Shown here: piece after piece, positions 56,509-64,000 of the stretch | How positions within the stretch are numbered: the stretch's first letter is position 1 | Layout: the number at the start of each line of letters is the position of its first letter | Assembly: GCA_963674945.2 (NCBI GenBank) | Contig: CAXXWQ010000003.1 | Span: 64,001 to 128,000 of the forward strand | DNA length: 64,000 nt | Direction: 5' to 3' | Origin: an uncultured Desulfosarcina sp. | GTDB taxonomy: Bacteria > Desulfobacterota > Desulfobacteria > Desulfobacterales > Desulfosarcinaceae | Notes under the pieces: model-generated | What the model saw: the letters and a program-made list of their open reading frames with translations, nothing else | The model's database searches: none | What the model was told of the DNA's origin: nothing | Made by a program: the position numbers and the translations under genes

Positions 56509-58695
56509 TCAGTCCGGATTTTCTTTTTCAATATTGCATAACAATGCAGAGTGGGGCCAGCTTCCGATCTCCGGACTGCAGAACTCGTGGTCATCCGGGC
56601 AGAGAAGATTGGCGTTGGACGCAAACACCCTGAAAAGCTCCGGCAGCTTCTCTTCACTCTCCGGGAACCACCATCCGTGCTGCAGGTCGACCATGTCCTC
56701 TCGGATGGAATCCGAAGTCCGGACCTTCTGGCGTATCTTCCCCGAAGGCGTGGATATGACAGCCCAGTCGTCGGCGGCAAGGCCTAATTTTTCTGCAGTG
56801 GACGGATGGATTGTGACAACAGGGTCGGGATGTTTCTTGCGGGCCTTTTCGATCTGTCTTTGCTCGGAATGGTACATGGGCATAAAGCGGCTCCCTGTGA
56901 TGAGAACAAATGGATACTCCTTTGCCAAGTCGGGACTGCCCACAGGAGTTAATACCGGTTCGCGGTACACCGGAAGGGGCGACAGGTTCAATTCCTCAAA
57001 AATCGAAGATTTAAGCTCCACCTTGCCCGAAGGCGTGCCGAAGCCGAGCTTTTCGTATCGGCGGAACTCCCGTTCGCCGAAAATGCCGTACTGATCGCAA
57101 AACGCTTTGAACGTCAGTCCTATGGGCTCCAGGCAGTAATCATAGACCTGTTCCACGGTTTCCCAGGGCCAGTGTTCTTCCTGGCCCAGACGGATGCCGA
57201 GGCCGCGGTAGAAATCGTAACTGTTGCGGCGCTCGTAAAGGGGCTCGATTCCCTGGGGACAAGGCATACAGAAATCCCGGGTCAGCCAGAGTTCCGGCTG
57301 TTCTACGGTGGAAGAGGCCGGGAACACGTAATCGGCCAGTGCAGCCGAAGGGGTCAGGTAGTATTCCATAACCACATAGAGCGCAAGGGACTGTAACGCC
57401 TCAAACACCTTCATTGTATTGGGAAAGGAGAGCAGTGGATTGCTAGCAAGGGATATGGCGGCTTTCACGGGATAGGGTTTGCCGGTGATCATGGCGTTCA
57501 CCACCTCCCTGGCATGGGCCAGGTTGGAGTGCCAGGCCTCCGGGGCGGCCAGGTAGCCTTCGGGCAGTTTTTTGTTGGCCGCCTGGTTTCTTTCCCATCC
57601 GGGAAATCCGAAAAAGGGATAGAGGTCGGCGCCTAGCTGCTTTTTCCGTTGATCTGCGGGGATGGCCGCATTCATCTCGAGGGCTTCCCAATCGATGATT
57701 TTGCCGATGTCCCCTGCCATACTGAGGATTTCCCCGCCCGGTATCTCGAGGTTGCCGGTGATGGCCCGTAAGATGGCCCGGGCACGGGCGCACTGGGTGG
57801 CATTGATGCCCTGTTTGTCCAGGCCGTAGCCCCAGGGAATGATTGCGGGCTTGGCAGTGGCATACATGCGGGCTGCGTTTACGATAAGATCCGCGGGGAT
57901 GCCGGTGATCTTCACCACCTTTTCAGGATGATAGTCCGCCGCGGCGGCTTTCAGGTCCTCAAAGCCGACGGTCCAGTTGTCCACGAACGCTTTGTCGTAC
58001 AGGCCCTCCTCGATAATCAGACGGATCCAGCACAGCATCAGGGCCACATCCGTACCCGGCCGGATCTGAAGCCAGAGATCCGCCATTTCAGCCTCTTTTG
58101 TGCGCCTGGGTTCAATCACGATCAGTCGGGCACCCTGCTTTTTGGCACGAACCAGCTTGGGATAGAGACCGACGGGATCGGAATTGACCGGATTGGCGCC
58201 CCAGAGGACAATACAGGACGCATCGATGAACCCGGGCATGATCATGCCGCCGTAGGTGGCGTATTCGGTGGCGTAGCTCGGGCACATACAGACGTTGTTC
58301 ACCCCGCAGGCGTTCGGTGATCCGAACAGGTTGAAGAACCTGCGGCAGTCCCAATGGTAGGTCCGCTTTGTCCCGTGGGTGAATGCAAGGGTTTCGGCAC
58401 CGTACCTGTCTTTAAGCCCGGACAGTTGTTCCGCCACCTCGTCCAGCGCCTGATCCCATGTCAGCCGCTGCCATTGTCCGCCACCTTTTTCGCCCTTCCG
58501 TTTCAAAGGGTAGTTCAGGCGCTGGGGGTGATGGACATGATCCGGCATCAGTCGTCCCCTCTCGCAGATAAGGCCCCGGGTGACCGGGTGGTCCGGGTCT
58601 CCCTTCACTTTGACGACCTTGCCGTTTTCAATGTGTAGCAAGGTACCGCATCGCGGATGGCAAAGACCGCAATAACTTTTTTTAATTTCGACCAT
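56509..58695 (-). CDS. DMSO-reductase-superfamily molybdo/tungstopterin enzyme, acetylene-hydratase-like clade
   Basis: CxxCxxxC...C 4Fe-4S motif (CGLCHPRC...LICERG), RLNYPLKR, no Tat signal, ADYVFPA, TPSGKVEL, HGWWFPE. Confidence 0.88.
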   Translation of the reverse strand: MVEIKKSYCGLCHPRCGTLLHIENGKVVKVKGDPDHPVTRGLICERGRLMPDHVHHPQRLNYPLKRKGEKGGGQWQRLTWDQALDEVAEQLSGLKDRYGAETLAFTHGTKRTYHWDCRRFFNLFGSPNACGVNNVCMCPSYATEYATYGGMIMPGFIDASCIVLWGANPVNSDPVGLYPKLVRAKKQGARLIVIEPRRTKEAEMADLWLQIRPGTDVALMLCWIRLIIEEGLYDKAFVDNWTVGFEDLKAAAADYHPEKVVKITGIPADLIVNAARMYATAKPAIIPWGYGLDKQGINATQCARARAILRAITGNLEIPGGEILSMAGDIGKIIDWEALEMNAAIPADQRKKQLGADLYPFFGFPGWERNQAANKKLPEGYLAAPEAWHSNLAHAREVVNAMITGKPYPVKAAISLASNPLLSFPNTMKVFEALQSLALYVVMEYYLTPSAALADYVFPASSTVEQPELWLTRDFCMPCPQGIEPLYERRNSYDFYRGLGIRLGQEEHWPWETVEQVYDYCLEPIGLTFKAFCDQYGIFGEREFRRYEKLGFGTPSGKVELKSSIFEELNLSPLPVYREPVLTPVGSPDLAKEYPFVLITGSRFMPMYHSEQRQIEKARKKHPDPVVTIHPSTAEKLGLAADDWAVISTPSGKIRQKVRTSDSIREDMVDLQHGWWFPESEEKLPELFRVFASNANLLCPDDHEFCSPEIGSWPHSALLCNIEKENPD

Positions 58696-59691
58696 TTTAC
58701 ATCCTTCCTCTATTTCAGTTCACCGGATTATATTTCGACTTGAAACAAGATTCGGATAGAAGACCGGCACAATGACAAGGGGCAGCAGGATTCCGAACAT
58801 CGATGTTGGAAAGCAGTGGCGATAAATATCCGCCCAGGGGCGTTCCTTCTATCCCACGGCTGACGCATTTTTCCATCATAGGGTAAGATCATTCAACCGC
58901 GCAAGGGAAAACCCGTTCATGTGGTCTCATTGCGTCGACAAGCATAAAAGTTGACTTACCGATGAACTTGCCGTAAAAAAACCGTTTCAAAACAGGTTAT
59001 TGCTCAAATGTTCAAAAGTTCTGGTAAAAAATGTCCGGCTCGAATTTCCATCAACAACATGTACTGAAAATATTAGGTTTTTTGCCCATCATCGGATTGC
59101 TCGTTGTAACGCTTGCCCTTCTCTTGAACTGCGACACCGGTGATCCATCATCACAAAATGAGAACAAAACCCGGAAACAGATGAAGGATTGCTGCATGCA
59201 GGTAACCGGCCGCAAGTTTATCATTGATTATCAAACTACTCAGCCACCCAACCATTCGGTGATACAGCAAACTACGATCATATTGAACAATACGAAGTAA
59301 CCCGAGGAACAAAGGATACCGGGTATTATCTTCACCTGACGGCAACCCTTTACTATCGTTGTGACAGCCCGGACGTTGTGGCGGTCGAAAAGGTTTGCTG
59401 ACGATGAAAATCTGTGGCGAGGTAATAAAATCGGACGACCAGGCTGCCAGTCTTTTAAAGTTGATCCATATTCTCGGCATTGAAACGACGACCACGGACG
59501 GACTTGCGCGAACCTTGTGCTTACGCCGGAGGACACAACGGTTGGGGCGGAGAATGAATACCTTGCCCGAATCCTCTATTGTCCACAACACTTGTCCACT
59601 TAGGATAGATTGTGTAACGTGTCACCTGTTTGAAATCATCTTACACTTGGCTCGAAACGACATAAACGGCGGTAAAGGGAATTTCATTGAT

Positions 59692-60222
59692 ATGCGGAAA
59701 TTCACTGAAGGCTTGATCGACACGCAGCTTATTGTCAACACGTTGGATATCAGATCAGGACAAACGATTATCGATGCTGGTTGCGGCACTGGGTATATGG
59801 CAAAGATATTTTCACGGGCGGTATCATCATCAGGAAAAGTGTATGCCATTGACCGGGACAGCTACTTTATCGGACAGCTCACTGATGATGTCAAAAGCAC
59901 CAATATCGAGGCCATTGAAGGGGATATTACCAATCTTGATCGAATAACGGATCATTCGGTTGATCTTCTTTTTGCATCAACAGTGATACATTCCATTCCG
60001 AAAAAGAAAATGATAGATTTCGTGAAAGAGGCCAAGCGGTTATTAAAACCCAATGCCGCTTTGGCAATTGTTGAGATCGAAAAGAAGGAAACACCTTTTG
60101 GGCCGGCCATGGAAAATAGATACTCACCGGAAGAACTCATACAAAAGATTTCGATGATGCCGGAAAAAACGATAAGGGTGGGGGAACACTTTTACATGCA
60201 GGTATTTCTGAACGCCGAGTAA
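59692..60222 (+). CDS. Class I SAM-dependent methyltransferase
   Basis: IIDAGCGTG, VYAID, SVDLLF, RLLKP, KKETPFGP; start reassigned to ATG 59692 after AAAGGGA. Confidence 0.85.
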   Translation: MRKFTEGLIDTQLIVNTLDIRSGQTIIDAGCGTGYMAKIFSRAVSSSGKVYAIDRDSYFIGQLTDDVKSTNIEAIEGDITNLDRITDHSVDLLFASTVIHSIPKKKMIDFVKEAKRLLKPNAALAIVEIEKKETPFGPAMENRYSPEELIQKISMMPEKTIRVGEHFYMQVFLNAE

Positions 60223-60756
60223 TAAATAACACAACATCTTGGAAGATTCAAACGATGTCGGATGAATATGTCATTTTTTGGCGCCACGTTTCCATAGATC
60301 TCTAAAAAATACCGGCAAAAAAGAGTTGCAGTATTCGCTGCGGAAAGGATATTTGTCTGAGGCACGGCACAAAGCCCGTTTCTGTGCGGCGGGCGTTCAA
60401 CTTTTCTTTAGGAGGTTGGCCGGACCAGCCACAATGACCCGACGTTTGCCAACCGCAGGGCGGTGTCTTCCAAAGGTACCGGTTTTGGGCACATCATCTT
60501 CCATAGGCTCGGCATCCACAATGTGTGGATTTATAGCCCAGGGCTCTGGGAAATTCGCCTTTTGTGTTGTATCCGGCAACGTATGCATGAGATGAATGCC
60601 GAATAAAACGTTTACCTGGTTATCGAAACCAGTTTTCGGGAACGACCGATGGAATCGAAACCGTCTTATTCGCTGGATGGCATAACCGGTTCGCAGGCAG
60701 TACCATCGCCTTTGACTACTGTCGGGCACACCTTATCGCACGAAAGGAAGTTGAAA

Positions 60757-61422
60757 ATGAGCAAAACCCAAACAGTCTTCAACTTTTTTTCGATCACACT
60801 CCTGTCCGTCATCTATCTTTGTCTGGCGCCCCCCTGCTTTGCTGAAAATTTTACTACCCCCGGCGGCTACATCATTGTCAGTGGATTGACAGGCTTCGAA
60901 AATTTCAAGGACACCGGCGTGGATGATTTCAAAGATGCCTGGGGGCTCGGAATCAGGATCGGTAACAGGTTCAACGAACAATGGTCGCTGGAAGGAGACC
61001 TTGGCATGATGAACGGTTTCGATGCCACCGTCGATCTTTCCGAAATAAATCCAGACCTTTCAGGCACCGAAAAAATTATCCTCGATACGTTGCTTCTGAC
61101 AGCCAACCTCAAAGCCCATTGGCCACTCGGAAGATTCGAACCGTATGCTCTGGTTGGTGCGGGGATCATGTACGTCAGAGTCCGTTCGGCCGATCCTACG
61201 GGCTACGTCTGTTGGCCAAGCGATTACGGCTGGTATTGCCGAGGAACATATTCCAAAATCAATGACGCAGCGGAGTTTGTTACCAAGTTCGGTTTCGGAA
61301 GCGAAATCCACATTGACGACCAATGGGCGATAACCCTGGATTTATCATACGTCGTTCCATATTCGGACCTGTCTGACATGACGTATACATTATTTTCCTG
61401 GGGTTTCCGTCACGCTTTTTAG
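60757..61422 (+). CDS. Outer-membrane 8-stranded beta-barrel (OmpA-TM/OmpW-like)
   Basis: Signal peptide after AAAGGAAG, amphipathic strands, EPYALVGAG, C-terminal WGFRHAF. Confidence 0.82.
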   Translation: MSKTQTVFNFFSITLLSVIYLCLAPPCFAENFTTPGGYIIVSGLTGFENFKDTGVDDFKDAWGLGIRIGNRFNEQWSLEGDLGMMNGFDATVDLSEINPDLSGTEKIILDTLLLTANLKAHWPLGRFEPYALVGAGIMYVRVRSADPTGYVCWPSDYGWYCRGTYSKINDAAEFVTKFGFGSEIHIDDQWAITLDLSYVVPYSDLSDMTYTLFSWGFRHAF

Positions 61423-61829
61423 GCGCCGGTAAAGGTGGACCATGCTGGACTGGAGGACACACTGGGCCGAAGCAAGTGTCGGGTGGAGCGAGTCTCCTGC
61501 CGAATCTGTCAAACAATCGATTGACATGGCGAACAAGGCTGCGGCGATCGATAACACCCTTCCTGATGCCCATTCTCTCTGGAGCAATATCTTGGTCCCG
61601 CGGGCTTAATTCCGGACGAGTGGAAGGTAAAAATCGTGGAATTTTTGTGACGTTCTTTTCAGGATTTCCAATCCCTCATCGGCTCTTCCCTATATTGCCC
61701 TTCAGGGCTTTTCCTTGGGAAGAACCTACTATCACATTATCGTCTCGCCGTACCGATCCGAACCTCTTTGGATCGGAAGGACAGCGCCCTATGTTTTATT
61801 ATCGCTAATTATCGGGGAGTTATATCAAC

Positions 61830-64000
61830 ATGAAACTGCGCAGTATTCTGCTCGTTCTGTCGGTACTGGCATTCTTATCTGCTTCAACAGGTGGATATCT
61901 TTACTATTTGTCCTTAAAGGAGGCTGCGGTTAAGGAAGCCGACAGGCAGGCGCTAACCAATGTTGAAATGATCACAAGGAATCTTTCGTTTTTTCTGTCC
62001 GAATATATAAAACCGGTCAGGACGCTGGCAGGTATGTCTGCGCTCACAGATGTCCTGCTTCAAAGGGATGATGCATTTCTTGCAGCATCAAACAATGTAT
62101 TGGATCATTTCAAAGAAACCTTGGATGTGGAAGTCTGTTATTTAATGGATCAGCTGGGAAATACAATCGCCTCCAGCAACCGCAACGATCCGGATAGCTT
62201 TTTGGGGAACAATTTCGGCTTTCGTCCGTACTTCCAGCAAGCCATGGATGGTGCCCCTTCCACATACCTCGCCCTCGGAACGACATCGAGCAGACGCGGT
62301 GTTTACTTCAGTCATCCGATATACGAAACAGGTAGGGATGCACCGGTTGGTGTCGTGGTCATCAAGGCATCTATCGAACTCATTGAAAAAGAGTTGTTTT
62401 CCGGCATAGATGAAATAGTAATGCTGGCCGACCCGTTAGGGGTAGTTTTCATATCGAACAAACAAAACTGGCTGTACCATACGCTGGAAAAACTGTCTGG
62501 ACGTGATACGGCCAGAATTGCCAGATCTCAGCAGTTTGGAAGCGGGCCATGGAAATGGACCGGTCTTCGTCAAATTGATAAAAACCATATGAGTGATTCC
62601 GATGAAAACGAATACCTGATGCATATGATCGGTATTGATAATTACCCCGGATGGCATGTTCTTTATCTGAGCAACCTCGAAGATATTTATAAAAAGGTCG
62701 TCGATCCGCTTATCAGAACCACCGGCCCCATCATCTTGATATTATGCGTTTTGATCGGCTTGTCGGTATTATCCCTCTTCAGGAAGGCGAGTCATGAAAT
62801 CCATCGGCGCAAGGCGGTTGAAAGAACACTGCGTGAGAGTGAAGAGCGCTATCGCAATATCTATCACAATGCACCGGCGATGCTGCATTCAATCAATAGA
62901 GGAGGCAATCTTGTCAGGGTGAGTGACCACTGGCTTACCGCGCTCGGCTACACCCGAGATGAAGTCATTGGGAAAAGGCTAGTCCGCTTCTTGTCTGAAG
63001 AATCGGGCCTTTATGTCCAGGAAACAATTATGCCTGAATTTTTCAGAACGGGATTTGCCAAAGATGTCCCCTTTCGGTTTGTAAAAAAAAGCGGGGCTAC
63101 CATTGATGCACTCGTTTCCGCTATCGGTGAACGGGACGAACAGGGTAATGTCGTTCGTTCTTTGGCAGTATCGGTCGATATCACCGAACGCAAACAGGCC
63201 GAAAAGGCCCTTAGACTTGCCAAGGAAAAGTTGGCGGGTTACTCTAGAGAATTAGAAGAGCAGGTCAGGATGCGAACCAGAGAGATCTCAAGTATACTCG
63301 CATACACCCCGGCCGTCGTTTACATGAAAGATACGGATGGTCGGTATATTTTAATCAATCCCCGTTTCGAAGAATTGTTCGGCATCACCAATGAAGAGAT
63401 CCGCGGAAAAACCGATGAAGACATTTTTCCAAATGAGTTTGCTGCGATCATCCGTAGCAACGACCTCAAAGTCCTGGCCAATAAACGATCATGTCAGGTA
63501 GAGGAGCATATCCCCCAGAAAGACGGTGTCCGTATTTATCTCTCTGTCAAATTTCCTATCTATGAAGATTCCGATACACCAAAAATTTGCGGAATTTCAA
63601 CAGATATCACGGATGTTAAGAAAGCGCAGAATCAACTCAAACGACTTTCGGGTGCCATCATCGACAGTCAGGAAAAAGAGCGTTCCATTATCGCCAGAGA
63701 ACTTCACGATGAACTGGGGCAAATACTCACTGCCTTGCATATGGATTCGGCTTGGATTCAAAGTCGCCTCAAGACAACAAATCCCGAAGCTTCGCAGCGA
63801 GCACAGAGCATGTGCGATCTGATCGACGATTCCATTGAATCCGTCCGCAGCATAGCAACACGCTTGCGGCCAAGCGTGCTCGACAGCTTAGGCCTCGTTG
63901 ATGCCCTGGAATGGTATACCACCGATTTTGAAAGACGAACCAATATTACCTGTGTATTCAAGCATGAAAGCATTCCAATCATCGATGATGCCTTGGCCAC
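61830..64000 (+). CDS. Sensor histidine kinase (DctB-like Cache domain, two PAS domains, HisKA_3), truncated by the window edge
   Basis: Manual translation from ATG 61830 (GGGGAG SD): MKLRSILLVLSVLAF..., IASSN...SFLGNNFGFRPYFQQAM, DITERKQAE, QEKERSIIARELHDELGQ. Missing from the ORF track, presumably because it has no stop inside the window. Confidence 0.9.
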   Translation, partial: MKLRSILLVLSVLAFLSASTGGYLYYLSLKEAAVKEADRQALTNVEMITRNLSFFLSEYIKPVRTLAGMSALTDVLLQRDDAFLAASNNVLDHFKETLDVEVCYLMDQLGNTIASSNRNDPDSFLGNNFGFRPYFQQAMDGAPSTYLALGTTSSRRGVYFSHPIYETGRDAPVGVVVIKASIELIEKELFSGIDEIVMLADPLGVVFISNKQNWLYHTLEKLSGRDTARIARSQQFGSGPWKWTGLRQIDKNHMSDSDENEYLMHMIGIDNYPGWHVLYLSNLEDIYKKVVDPLIRTTGPIILILCVLIGLSVLSLFRKASHEIHRRKAVERTLRESEERYRNIYHNAPAMLHSINRGGNLVRVSDHWLTALGYTRDEVIGKRLVRFLSEESGLYVQETIMPEFFRTGFAKDVPFRFVKKSGATIDALVSAIGERDEQGNVVRSLAVSVDITERKQAEKALRLAKEKLAGYSRELEEQVRMRTREISSILAYTPAVVYMKDTDGRYILINPRFEELFGITNEEIRGKTDEDIFPNEFAAIIRSNDLKVLANKRSCQVEEHIPQKDGVRIYLSVKFPIYEDSDTPKICGISTDITDVKKAQNQLKRLSGAIIDSQEKERSIIARELHDELGQILTALHMDSAWIQSRLKTTNPEASQRAQSMCDLIDDSIESVRSIATRLRPSVLDSLGLVDALEWYTTDFERRTNITCVFKHESIPIIDDALA

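Noticed and set aside
59395..59691. N-terminal 99-codon extension of the methyltransferase ORF
   Set aside because: Not protein-like, and a better SD/ATG exists at 59692.

Overview
64 kb bacterial window. Gene content and repeat style suggest a sulfate-reducing deltaproteobacterium (Desulfobacterota); this is inference only. About 54 kb (1-54.5 kb) is one almost entirely minus-strand cell-surface locus. In transcription order it holds: an orphan OmpR-type regulator, a CsgD/VpsT-like LuxR regulator, an array of four structured hairpin repeats, a PilZ protein, a VPLPG-CTERM protein, a 1048-aa PKD-repeat surface protein with a Cys-Phe C-terminal anchor, a c-di-GMP-I riboswitch with an unusually long P3 insertion, a VPVPA-CTERM protein, a Cys-rich PstS-fold protein, two FKBP-type lipoproteins (one fused to thioredoxin), a TpsB/TpsA pair (3284-aa FHA-like protein), DUF2341-ExbB/ExbD/TonB, a putative porin, coiled-coil and TPR proteins, a C10 peptidase, a Wzx-dependent glycan cluster with Pgl-like genes, and an XrtD-type exosortase. 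Two VapBC-type toxin-antitoxin modules sit inside the glycan cluster in the opposite orientation, flanked by a recurring family of 7-9 bp tandem repeats. The right end carries a TGA-interrupted ORF, an acetylene-hydratase-family molybdopterin enzyme, a methyltransferase, an outer-membrane beta-barrel and a Cache-PAS-PAS histidine kinase that runs off the edge and is missing from the ORF track. No rRNA, tRNA, CRISPR array or transposase was found. All family calls come from motif recognition by eye; no database searches were run.
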